Shown here: piece by piece, positions 1-8,521 of the stretch
How the letters are laid out: each line of letters begins with the position of its first letter
How positions within the stretch are numbered: the first letter of the stretch is position 1
DNA from: a virus
Taxonomy: Duplodnaviria > Caudoviricetes
IMG/VR virus record: IMGVR_UViG_3300032327_000225
Coordinates: 1 to 32,214 of that record
DNA: 32,214 nt
Strand: one strand, 5' to 3'
The notes under the pieces: generated by a model
Seen by the model: the letters and a program-made list of their open reading frames with translations, nothing else
Told to the model about the DNA's origin: nothing
Databases searched by the model: none
Translations under genes and position numbers: made by a program

Positions 1-86
1 CTACCAGGTGGGCTACTTTGCCGTGGTTTGTATGGTCCATGCCCTGTTGTCTTGCTATCGGTGTTTGCTATTGTTTGTGATGCCAT
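1..86 (-). CDS. PAAR-repeat spike-tip protein, 5' part only (runs off window)
   Basis: Not in the ORF track. ATG at 86 is coupled to the upstream stop (TAATG) and reads MASQTIANTDSKTTGHGPYKPRQSSPPG; D-x-x-TGHG-x-x-P is the usual PAAR N-terminus. Confidence 0.7.
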   Translation of the reverse strand, partial: MASQTIANTDSKTTGHGPYKPRQSSPPG

Positions 87-541
87 TATGGAGGGGTTCC
101 TGCTACAAGAGTCTTTAACAGATTGGCTACTCTGTCATAACTTACCAAATCAACAGTATGGACAAAGGTATCACTACCTATTGTGTACGTGCAATCTTTT
201 TTAAGAAGTGGAGGACTGTCGACTCGAATTATTTTACTGTACGTCCCTGCAGACGGTGGAGCAACCCCACTTTGCTGTTGATACCCAAGATCCAACCAAT
301 GCCACGTTATAGGAATAATGGTTTGGTATGCACCAGATAACGTGACCAAACCTGGAGCTGTTTCTATAGTCACTCCTGGGTCAACAAAGTCTGCTGTCAC
401 TGTGGGAATCTCGGTTGAGGGGGTATCCGTTGTAACAGGTTCTCCAGTATTTGGATCTATAGCAGTATCTGATATTGAAACTACAATAGTTGTGGTAAAT
501 GGTTCACCAAATATTACAGTTTCCGATGATGGAGTTAACAT
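86..541 (-). CDS. Hypothetical protein, probably baseplate/virion-associated
   Basis: 151-aa Thr/Pro-rich, beta-type ORF. Late promoter TAAATA lies 5 nt before the ATG, and it is translationally coupled to the PAAR gene. Confidence 0.55.
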   Translation of the reverse strand: MLTPSSETVIFGEPFTTTIVVSISDTAIDPNTGEPVTTDTPSTEIPTVTADFVDPGVTIETAPGLVTLSGAYQTIIPITWHWLDLGYQQQSGVAPPSAGTYSKIIRVDSPPLLKKDCTYTIGSDTFVHTVDLVSYDRVANLLKTLVAGTPP

Positions 542-546
542 GAAAC

Positions 547-552
547 TATTTA
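547..552 (-). promoter_or_regulatory. T4-like late promoter core TAAATA, 5 nt before ATG 541
   Basis: Minus strand reads TAAATA-GTTTC-ATG, and the TAA is also the stop of ORF 550..840. Confidence 0.65.
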
Positions 553-840
553 AGCCAGGGCAATACCACTAGTTCCAGTTAGATAGTTTTTAGCCATTTC
601 TTCCATGGTAGGTTCGCAAACAATGACCTTGTCCTTGGGAAACTTAATAACTTTATCTGTATCAACTGTAAACAACCAAGGCTGTAAGCCCAGTCCTTTA
701 GCACCCATTACCAGTGTAAGTGGCCGATCAATTCCATAATGTGTTGGAGTTTCTTCGGACAATTTGCCAATAAGCTCTTCACCTGTGATTAACTTTACTG
801 TTACTACCTCGCCAATTGTGGCGCCTTTTGAGATTAACAT
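550..840 (-). CDS. Small protein with probable Sm-like/SH3-type beta fold
   Basis: GEVVTVKLITGEELIGKL resembles the Sm1 motif; SD AAGGA upstream. Confidence 0.5.
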   Translation of the reverse strand: MLISKGATIGEVVTVKLITGEELIGKLSEETPTHYGIDRPLTLVMGAKGLGLQPWLFTVDTDKVIKFPKDKVIVCEPTMEEMAKNYLTGTSGIALA

Positions 841-852
841 ATATTTTTCCTT

Positions 853-1539
853 TTATTCGTTACTTACAAATTCTGTCATCATTGGGAATACTTTGGCAAT
901 GACTTCTGCACATGCTTTGGCTACCATTTGATGTTCTAGCTGAGTACCATTAGCTGAACGCAGTTCAATAAAATGGCACCAAGATCTAAGTGTTCCATTC
1001 ATATACAGGCGACTAACAGTGAGCCCTTCTGGTAATACTGCACGGGCTTGTTCTTTGGCAATGCCATTGGCTATTGCCCATTCATATGCGTGTTCAGCTT
1101 CGCGAATAACGTCTTGCTGTTTACGCTCCCACATTTCCATTAGATTCTGCTCATTAAGAGTCAGTCCTGAAATCTTAACTGAGTTTTGGCGATTCTTAGG
1201 ATCCTGTAGCCTTGCCTCACGAGTTACAAATGACAGGTCTTTTGTAGGGTCAGCATAGCGTTGACTAAACTCTTGAAAGCTGAATGAGCGGTGACGCAGG
1301 ATCTGTCGAGCAATATCACGAGTCGTTTCAATTTCGATACAGGCACTGACCATCTCCAGAGGGCTCCAGTGCTGGTTCTTGACCAAATAACGAATCAGCT
1401 TTTCACTTGTTTCTGTATTAAGCTGATTAGAGGGATTGCTTACACGAGCACAGAAAGCAATCAGCTCTTGTGCGTTGTCTACACCGTGTGATACAAATTC
1501 TTCAGTTGGTTGTGAGTATGATACCAGTTTAGCTTTCAT
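853..1539 (-). CDS. thyX: Flavin-dependent thymidylate synthase
   Basis: ThyX signature RHRSFSFQEFSQRY, HWSPLE and EQARAVLP. Confidence 0.97.
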   Translation of the reverse strand: MKAKLVSYSQPTEEFVSHGVDNAQELIAFCARVSNPSNQLNTETSEKLIRYLVKNQHWSPLEMVSACIEIETTRDIARQILRHRSFSFQEFSQRYADPTKDLSFVTREARLQDPKNRQNSVKISGLTLNEQNLMEMWERKQQDVIREAEHAYEWAIANGIAKEQARAVLPEGLTVSRLYMNGTLRSWCHFIELRSANGTQLEHQMVAKACAEVIAKVFPMMTEFVSNE

Positions 1540-1543
1540 TATT

Positions 1544-1702
1544 TTACTTTTTAAGATATGATGAGATTTGAGTTACTTCCATTTTACGACGATTATTTTC
1601 ACGCTCAAGAAATTCAACCTTACGGCCAATGACCTGCAGAGCCTGTGTTAGTTGCTTGACCTGTTGTTCAAGTTTTGCAATATGTTGATCTTTAGGATCC
1701 AT
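1544..1702 (-). CDS. 52-aa coiled-coil hypothetical protein
   Basis: Not in the ORF track. Reads MDPKDQHIAKLEQQVKQLTQALQVIGRKVEFLERENNRRKMEVTQISSYLKK*, has SD GAGGA, and fills the gap between neighbours. Confidence 0.75.
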   Translation of the reverse strand: MDPKDQHIAKLEQQVKQLTQALQVIGRKVEFLERENNRRKMEVTQISSYLKK

Positions 1703-2090
1703 CTGTGTCCTCTTCGTGGAGCAGGGCTTCTAATAACTTGTAGTGGTCATAGGCTTTTTGTAGTGCTTCCCACTTGGCCAACTTTTTAGTATCGGGTTGT
1801 AAGATTGCCAGACGTTTTTCTACATTGTTGAACAGTTTTTCCAAACTGCGTCCTTTGATTGTTACGTCGCTGTCAAATTTTGCCTGACCCGTAACATGTA
1901 GACTGGGACTAGTAGAGCCCACAGAAGTAGAATAGGCAGCGGAGTTAACTGTGTATCCGCCGTTAGGCACTCCATTATAAGTGTAGGCAGAATTCAATAA
2001 AGTTCCTGTAGAACTTGTACTGCATATTGTTATAGTAGTTCCAGTAGTTGAATACACTGACGGATGAATCATTGAACTCACGGTTACCAA
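1692..2090 (-). CDS. Hypothetical protein (Ser/Thr-rich N-terminus, helical C-terminus)
   Basis: 132-aa ORF overlapping its neighbours in an operon-like arrangement. Confidence 0.7.
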   Translation of the reverse strand: MVTVSSMIHPSVYSTTGTTITICSTSSTGTLLNSAYTYNGVPNGGYTVNSAAYSTSVGSTSPSLHVTGQAKFDSDVTIKGRSLEKLFNNVEKRLAILQPDTKKLAKWEALQKAYDHYKLLEALLHEEDTDGS

Positions 2091-2491
2091 CTTTCTTGTG
2101 AATTTGATGTAGAACTCAATGCTTCAATTATCTGTGCCTGTTCCCATGCTTTACGCAGGGTGGGATTGTTTTCACGGTCTTGACTTGTGTGTTGTAAATC
2201 CATCCACACATATGGACTGCGTGTTCTATGGGCACCGACTAGTCTAGGTTGATGTATCTTACCCATGTCCCACAGGTCATGAGCCACCATGATAACTTTA
2301 TCATGATCACACATGGCAAGACTACTCTGATCATAATCTGGAACGGCGTGATACGCATCGATAACTTCGATCCACTGTTCTTTAGTTTCGCACATTGTAC
2401 TCGCAGTGATGCTGACAACGCTGTCGATACTGACACGACCTTCTGCGATGTCTCTGATACAACGGCTAGCACTAAATCCAACTTTAAGCAT
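2084..2491 (-). CDS. Hypothetical phage protein
   Basis: 135-aa ORF with short overlaps on both sides. Confidence 0.75.
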   Translation of the reverse strand: MLKVGFSASRCIRDIAEGRVSIDSVVSITASTMCETKEQWIEVIDAYHAVPDYDQSSLAMCDHDKVIMVAHDLWDMGKIHQPRLVGAHRTRSPYVWMDLQHTSQDRENNPTLRKAWEQAQIIEALSSTSNSQESW

Positions 2492-2714
2492 TTTTAAAGA
2501 ATTCTGTTAATTGTTTAAAGCCGCCAATATATTCATCATCTAAGAATATTTGTGGAACAGCTCTGGCATTAGGGACCGACTCTAATAACTGTTGAGAAGT
2601 CCAAGTACCTTGCGTAATATTACGCTCCTCAATTTCAATACCCTTTAATTGTAACATATTTTTTGCCTGTTCGCAATAGGGACAATTGGTTTTCGACCAT
2701 ACAATAGCTTTCAT
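2484..2714 (-). CDS. grx: Glutaredoxin (RNR electron donor); true start probably ATG 2714 (MKAIVWSK)
   Basis: CPYC active site and VPQIF...YIGGF; SD AAGGA before 2714; adjacent to nrdB. Confidence 0.95.
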   Translation of the reverse strand: MKAIVWSKTNCPYCEQAKNMLQLKGIEIEERNITQGTWTSQQLLESVPNARAVPQIFLDDEYIGGFKQLTEFFKNA

Positions 2715-2724
2715 TGGTAATTCC

Positions 2725-3819
2725 TTATAGTTCTGGTAATTCTTCTTTGCTAACATTATCACTCATAACACCCACAATGTAATTTGTACTTTCAGTTTCT
2801 TGCAGTGCCGATTGTTTCTTGTTGATATCCACATGACGGTTAAACCAAGGAATAGGACTGGACTTTGGATGCTCACCTAGATACTTGATACCGATGTCCT
2901 TGAGTCTGTTAAATGCTGTAAAATCTACAAAGTTTTTAAGTATTTCTGCGTTTAGTCCAATAACTGGACCTAACTTGAACAGGTAATCTGCCCAGGCTTT
3001 TTCTTCAGCGATAACTTCCATGTACATGGCATATACTTCTTCAGCACATTCTTGTTTTAATTTGACAAAGTCAGCATCATCCTTATCAACGTTGTTGATA
3101 ATCCAGGCTGTCCATTCTGCGTGTAGGATTTCATCCTGTAGGATCAGTGAGATAATATTGCCATTGCCAATATAGAGCTTGTTCTCTACCATGGCCAGGC
3201 TTGTGGCAAATGAAACCATAAAGCGGAATGCTTCTAGAGCGTAACTGGCATGCAGGGCTAACCATATTGCTCGCTTGTGATCGTATACTGGGATATCCTC
3301 GCCAACTTCTTTACGACAGTTGAGAACGTGTAGGTCCTCATAGTAGCGACCAATGTTGGCAGCCATGTCTACAATTTCAGCAGTGTCGTGAATCTTGTTG
3401 AACTCCTCTTTAGGTACTCCGTAGACATTGCGAATAATGTGTGAGTAGCTCTTTGAGTGAATGTTTGTTTCAAAGAATCCCCAGTTGCTGACCAGTGCTT
3501 CTAACTCTGGAATACTTACCACAGGACTAAACACTTGATTAGGCGCACGACCTTGTATTGAGTCTAGTGCTGTCTGACGTAGCAGGTTTGAGGTAAAGAT
3601 ATGCTTGACAGCATCACTTGAATCTTTGTGATCCATCTTGTCTTTGGTAAGACTGATCTCTTCGGGTACCCAGAAGAATCCACGTGCCAGCTCTTCAAAC
3701 TTGGCGATACGTGGATGACGGTATTCTTCAAATCGCTGAACTGTAACAGCGCCATCTAAAAACATTCGACGCTTTAGATAGTTGGTTGGCGTTTTTAAAT
3801 CGTATTGTGCTTTGCTCAT
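2725..3819 (-). CDS. nrdB: Class Ia ribonucleotide reductase beta subunit
   Basis: FFWVPEEI, LDSIQ, ETNIHSKSY (radical Tyr), EAFRF, DEILH and C-terminal QETE..NY. Confidence 0.97.
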   Translation of the reverse strand: MSKAQYDLKTPTNYLKRRMFLDGAVTVQRFEEYRHPRIAKFEELARGFFWVPEEISLTKDKMDHKDSSDAVKHIFTSNLLRQTALDSIQGRAPNQVFSPVVSIPELEALVSNWGFFETNIHSKSYSHIIRNVYGVPKEEFNKIHDTAEIVDMAANIGRYYEDLHVLNCRKEVGEDIPVYDHKRAIWLALHASYALEAFRFMVSFATSLAMVENKLYIGNGNIISLILQDEILHAEWTAWIINNVDKDDADFVKLKQECAEEVYAMYMEVIAEEKAWADYLFKLGPVIGLNAEILKNFVDFTAFNRLKDIGIKYLGEHPKSSPIPWFNRHVDINKKQSALQETESTNYIVGVMSDNVSKEELPEL

Positions 3820-4061
3820 TGTTTATCCTGTTTTGTTAAGTCTGGAGTATTCCAGATATTTCTATTGTGTACTACACTGTCTTTTAATAATCTCCAGGTT
3901 TTTTCCTGGGGTGTTTCTGTCCACGTAAAATACAAACTATTTATGGGTGGACGGCCTGTTGTTTCATCGTACAAACTGCGATGCTGTATGTAGCGGCTAA
4001 GCCATATAGTTTTTCCACTAGTTACTCTAGTAGGTAACCATGCAAATTTAATATTTTCCAC
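3816..4061 (-). CDS. Hypothetical protein
   Basis: 81 aa, FAWLPTRVTSGKTIWL; ATGA overlap with nrdB. Confidence 0.7.
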   Translation of the reverse strand: MENIKFAWLPTRVTSGKTIWLSRYIQHRSLYDETTGRPPINSLYFTWTETPQEKTWRLLKDSVVHNRNIWNTPDLTKQDKQ

Positions 4062-4713
4062 TGGCCAACACGATACGAGCTATATGTTCCAATCGCTCTA
4101 TATGTTCATAGGCACGCCACGGGTTTGTATCAATAGCAACTACTCCGTGCCCTTTAATGCCTACAATGTCATAGGCAATATTACCAGCTGGATCTAATTG
4201 TAAACTCTTGTGGCATTCATCAGCAAGCTCTTGACTGATAGGAGCCACATCCGGTACATTGGGTGCCACTCTGGTGTAACGGTTCAGTTCTGGGAACGCA
4301 TCTGAGATAGTGCTGAGGTCAATACCGGCATGCATGGCCGCAATACAATAGGTGGGATGAACGTGTACCACCACTCTGACTTCACGGCTGTGCTGTCCCA
4401 TCATTTTCTGTAGACCAAAGTGTAGCGGTATTTCTCCACTGGGTCTAAGGTTGGCACTGATATCAGTATAGAGATCTTCTTTCCATCCCCAGCGTTCTGC
4501 CAATAACCCTGTGCCTGTTTCATTCCAGGTCAAAGGAGGCTTGATCATGATTTTTTTGAACTGATCTGGTTGTAGAGTCTGCTTGCGTACACCGCTGGGG
4601 GTAATATAAAAGTGATTACGGTCGTGATGACGAATACTTACATTACCGTCGCGGCTGGTGATCCAATTGCGTTTATACGCATCCAACATCACGTCACAAA
4701 TAGTTTCTAACAT
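4048..4713 (-). CDS. Class II aldolase/adducin-family protein (FucA/MtnB-like)
   Basis: DGNVS, ITPSG, PSGE..LH, metal-binding HVHP and GHGVVA. Confidence 0.9.
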   Translation of the reverse strand: MLETICDVMLDAYKRNWITSRDGNVSIRHHDRNHFYITPSGVRKQTLQPDQFKKIMIKPPLTWNETGTGLLAERWGWKEDLYTDISANLRPSGEIPLHFGLQKMMGQHSREVRVVVHVHPTYCIAAMHAGIDLSTISDAFPELNRYTRVAPNVPDVAPISQELADECHKSLQLDPAGNIAYDIVGIKGHGVVAIDTNPWRAYEHIERLEHIARIVLASGKY

Positions 4714-4752
4714 AGATATATTCTCAATTTATAATTTACAGGTTTTACTATT

Positions 4753-4941
4753 TTATTCACCGCTGTATTCTATCACAAGGGCGCCGTCAATGTCTATAAA
4801 TGCTCTATAGACATCGTCTTGGGATAATGCTTCTAGAATGCCAGATTTCGCGTCTTCTTCAATTTTGTCTAGGTAGTCTGCTATACCGTAGTAGTCAAGT
4901 CTAGCGGTCAATTGTTCATCTATAGTCAGTTCTTTTTCCAT
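4753..4941 (-). CDS. Small acidic hypothetical protein (start probably ATG 4941)
   Basis: MEKELTIDEQ...; SD-like AGGA upstream; overlaps the 3' end of the HNH gene. Confidence 0.55.
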   Translation of the reverse strand: MEKELTIDEQLTARLDYYGIADYLDKIEEDAKSGILEALSQDDVYRAFIDIDGALVIEYSGE

Positions 4942-5669
4942 TCTATATCCTGTTCTGGTATCCATCCTTTCCTGAAATACTTAACTAGATTCATAAACGG
5001 GCCTACTTCCTTGCCGTCGGTTTTCCAGTTATAATTCTTATTCATAGTCAATCCGTACAATTTACAATATGACGGTTTGTTGTTAGTAATCCATATATTG
5101 TAAATCTCATCTGCTTTTTTCCATAATGCTTTTGTGACTTCTGTTGCTCTAGGATGATTCCACGGTTTAATACCGGCACACGGATTATTATCCTTCATGC
5201 GATTCGAGTGGTTCTCTCGTTCCTCTAATGTTAAATCAGTTTTTCTTAATTTAACTGACAATCCTTTATTCCAAGCGCCATTTAATGTCGATGGATTATT
5301 TGGCCCTGTCATATACTCTTGATTCTTTTTCCTTGCTTCGCCATTTTTCCTTAAACAGTGATTATCACCGCTTGTGTTCTCACTAAATTTTCTTTTTAAC
5401 CAACCGTATGTTTTATTATTTCTTCTTACATACTTAGTAGGTACCGTTAACATATTGGCGGCAAAAATTAAAGAAGAATTTGTTGGATATATCTTAACTA
5501 ACAATAAATGACAAGTATAGTGCTCTTCCGGAGTTAACTCTACTAAGTTACTTAACTCATCAGTTCCGCCTATACATCTAGGAATAATGTGATGAGTCTC
5601 TGTATATTCGTCTAATATTCTATTTTGACCTCTTTCTATTATTTTATCATAAATCTGTTGGTAGTCCAT
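4926..5669 (-). CDS. Free-standing HNH homing endonuclease (Mob-like)
   Basis: ETHHIIPRCIGGTDELSNLVELTPEEHYTCH HNH motif and basic C-terminal region. AT-rich, with its own TAAATA (5688-5693) and SD AGGAGA. Confidence 0.9.
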   Translation of the reverse strand: MDYQQIYDKIIERGQNRILDEYTETHHIIPRCIGGTDELSNLVELTPEEHYTCHLLLVKIYPTNSSLIFAANMLTVPTKYVRRNNKTYGWLKRKFSENTSGDNHCLRKNGEARKKNQEYMTGPNNPSTLNGAWNKGLSVKLRKTDLTLEERENHSNRMKDNNPCAGIKPWNHPRATEVTKALWKKADEIYNIWITNNKPSYCKLYGLTMNKNYNWKTDGKEVGPFMNLVKYFRKGWIPEQDIEWKKN

Positions 5670-5711
5670 TATATTCTCCTATAAGTTTATTTATCATAAC
5701 TTACAAGTATC

Positions 5712-8036
5712 TTACAATTTACAACTTTCACAATCAGACTCATCATCTTGATATATTGTAATAGGTTCAGCCAATACAGGATTGGATGTACCGGTCACTG
5801 ATACCTTGGCACCAACTTTGTTTATTAATGAATAGTAGACGGTCTTGAGTCCCCATTTGTATGCTAGCATTAGGTTTTTGGCAATTAATGTACCTGGAAC
5901 TTTGCCGCCTGAAAAATGTGCGGGATTATAAAAAGTATTAGTACTCAAACTTTGATCAATGTACACCGCTAGTACTGCTGAAGTTTTTAGATAGTCTACA
6001 CAGTCTTTTTGGTCCCACATCATCTGATAGCGATTCTTCAAACGACGGTATTCTGGAACAACCTGTACAAATGAGCCTGCTTTAGATTCTTTAACACTGA
6101 TGAGTTCCATTGGCATTTCAATGCCATTTGTTGAGTTCAAAACTACTGAACTAGACTCAACTGGTGCCACAGCCATCAGTGTGGCATTGCGAATACCGTA
6201 CTGCTTCATCTTGGCACGTAGGGGTTCCCAATCTAGACTAGGTGTAAAGTCAGTTAGCTCGTTACTGCCCTTGGCACGACGTTCCCAAGGAAATATACCT
6301 TGTCCGTAATAAGTGTACTGGCTACGCCCGCATGGCCCACGTTCTTGGGCAAGCTCGACACTGGTTTCAGTAAGGTAGTATGCTTGGTGTTCCATCCAGC
6401 GTTTGACTTCAGCAAGAGCTTCTGGCTCACCGTATTTGAAACCTTTGCGAGCATGCCAGTAGGCTAGGTTGGTAATGCCAACACCCAGTGGCTCAAAATC
6501 TGTATTTGCCAGTTTGCTTTGAATTGAAAGGAAGTCTTGATAGTTTAGCAAGTTGCTTAGACTACGTACCAGTACACGACATGCCTTACGCATTTCTTGT
6601 GGATTACGGAAAGCACCCCAGTTGATACTACCTAGTGTACAAAGGGCAATACGGCCGCTGGGGTCTTCAATACGTTGAAAAGGTCTTGTAGGTAAGAGGA
6701 TTTCTTGACAGAGGTTTGACTGATAGATTGGGTCAGTTCGGGTGTCAAATGGTCCTTGGTTGATAACATTATCAATATTTACCAAATAGATACGACCCGT
6801 ATCTGTGCGCTCTTTTAGAATGCCATTTTTAAAAATGTCTTCAGCAGATACCACTTTCTTCTTAATGTTTTTGTCTGTTTCGTATTGTAAGTAGAGTGTT
6901 TCAAACTCTGCTGAGTCACGATAATATGCTTGGTATAGATCTGGAACTTCAGCTGGGTTAAACAGCGTAATGTTCTCACCTTTGCGATACCGGTTCCAAA
7001 ACATGGCGTTGACCACAACCGAGTAGTCCATTTGACGTACACGAACTTCTTCAGTGCCTTGATTATTCTTTAGCACAATAAGATCTTCAAACTGCGCATG
7101 CCATATTGGGAATGTCACAGTACACGACGCATTGCGGATACCTCCCTGCGAACAGCTACGTAGATCGGCAAACCATTTCTTTAGGAATGGGATCATACCT
7201 GTGTGTTTGATCTCGCCGTTGCGAATAGGAGCACCCAGGGGACGTAAGCGGCCAATCTCTAGACCAATGCCAGCACGTTTGCTGGCATATTTGGCCATCA
7301 TTTCACCTGCGGCAAAGATTGAGTCCAGGGTGTCATCACTGCTGATGAGAACACAACTGCTGAACTGTTTGGTAGTTGTACCTAGGCCGGCAAGTACAGG
7401 GGTAGCCAGTGTGAAGTGGCCTGCTGAAGCGCACTCATAATATTCTTTAACATATTTCAATCTCTTGTCGTTGGACTCTGAGTGAAACGCTGTGGCAGCG
7501 GCAACAGCATAACGTACCTGTGGTGTTTCATAAATCTGTCCTGTGGCACGATTCTGAACAAGATATTTTTCAGCCAACTGAGCAATGGCGGCGTATGTGT
7601 ATTCTTCATCCTTTGAATGATCAATGAATAGATCAATAATGTTCCACTCATCTTCAGTGTACCAATCTAGTAGTTCTGAAGTGTACATGCCTTCTTTGAC
7701 ATTTTTCTTTACAATCTCATACAGCCTAGGTGGATCATATTCACCATATACTTCTTTACGCAACATTGATACCTTTTGGCGTCCTGCTACATATTGATAG
7801 TTTACATTATTGATTTCTGGATTTTCTGTTTCGTCAATTAAGTCTACCATGGCCTTGAGTAATAACTCATCAATGGTCTCTGTTGACATGCCATCGTGCA
7901 ATTCTATTTGTGCTTTGATTTCGATCATGGATGGACTAACTCCATCAATGCCTTTACAATCGTATGCTACCTGTCTCTGTATCTTACTAATATCTAGTGG
8001 CACTTTTTCGCCATTGCGCTTTACAACTGTAATCAT
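5712..8036 (-). CDS. nrdA: Class Ia ribonucleotide reductase alpha subunit with ATP cone
   Basis: N-terminal VVKRNG ATP cone, FSSCVL, SNLCQE catalytic loop, KTVYY tyrosine pair and C-terminal CESCKL. Confidence 0.98.
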   Translation of the reverse strand: MITVVKRNGEKVPLDISKIQRQVAYDCKGIDGVSPSMIEIKAQIELHDGMSTETIDELLLKAMVDLIDETENPEINNVNYQYVAGRQKVSMLRKEVYGEYDPPRLYEIVKKNVKEGMYTSELLDWYTEDEWNIIDLFIDHSKDEEYTYAAIAQLAEKYLVQNRATGQIYETPQVRYAVAAATAFHSESNDKRLKYVKEYYECASAGHFTLATPVLAGLGTTTKQFSSCVLISSDDTLDSIFAAGEMMAKYASKRAGIGLEIGRLRPLGAPIRNGEIKHTGMIPFLKKWFADLRSCSQGGIRNASCTVTFPIWHAQFEDLIVLKNNQGTEEVRVRQMDYSVVVNAMFWNRYRKGENITLFNPAEVPDLYQAYYRDSAEFETLYLQYETDKNIKKKVVSAEDIFKNGILKERTDTGRIYLVNIDNVINQGPFDTRTDPIYQSNLCQEILLPTRPFQRIEDPSGRIALCTLGSINWGAFRNPQEMRKACRVLVRSLSNLLNYQDFLSIQSKLANTDFEPLGVGITNLAYWHARKGFKYGEPEALAEVKRWMEHQAYYLTETSVELAQERGPCGRSQYTYYGQGIFPWERRAKGSNELTDFTPSLDWEPLRAKMKQYGIRNATLMAVAPVESSSVVLNSTNGIEMPMELISVKESKAGSFVQVVPEYRRLKNRYQMMWDQKDCVDYLKTSAVLAVYIDQSLSTNTFYNPAHFSGGKVPGTLIAKNLMLAYKWGLKTVYYSLINKVGAKVSVTGTSNPVLAEPITIYQDDESDCESCKL

Positions 8037-8083
8037 TGCTTACCTATCTTTTTATTATTTTCGTTTTACTACGCTGGAGTTGA

Positions 8084-8089
8084 TATTTA
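8084..8089 (-). promoter_or_regulatory. Late-promoter core TAAATA upstream of nrdA
   Basis: CTAAATA overlaps the stop of ORF 8087..8521. Confidence 0.5.
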
Positions 8090-8521
8090 GCGAGGACGTT
8101 TTAACTCAACTAGGTTTTCAAGCCTGTATAAACTCGGTACATTATTTGCGCTAACTACCTGATTGTCTTGATAATTTAACGCCCATCTATCATCTACATA
8201 TACTATATTGTACAGTCTGCTTTGCTCTGTGTCTACTAGTGTTTTGACAGTTATAACAGCATCTTTAAAACGGTCAGTCAGCATCAAGGTATATCCAATC
8301 ATAATGGCTTTGGTAAAATCGTCATAGTGATTTTCAACTATGATTTCCCAAGGCGTAGGCCAGTTGGAGGAATTGTAAGGATCAATCTGATGATTGTGTG
8401 CGCAGAAGGGAGCGTGAGACCAAAAATCAATTAATGGCTCAAAGGGATCTGCACTGGTATCAATTGTCTTACGCAGATCAGACCAGGCTGACAACCTGTC
8501 CTCTACTTCTAACTTAAACAT
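8087..8521 (-). CDS. Hypothetical protein, possibly transglutaminase-like (BTLCP-like) fold
   Basis: WPTPWEII...YDDFTKAIMIGYTL loosely matches the BTLCP W.TP.E....GDCED.A...Y.TL pattern. Confidence 0.55.
   Translation of the reverse strand: MFKLEVEDRLSAWSDLRKTIDTSADPFEPLIDFWSHAPFCAHNHQIDPYNSSNWPTPWEIIVENHYDDFTKAIMIGYTLMLTDRFKDAVITVKTLVDTEQSRLYNIVYVDDRWALNYQDNQVVSANNVPSLYRLENLVELKRPR

Noticed and set aside
2725-8036. Intron- or intein-split nrdA/nrdB
   Set aside because: Both ORFs are continuous and of normal length with all motifs present; the HNH gene is intergenic.
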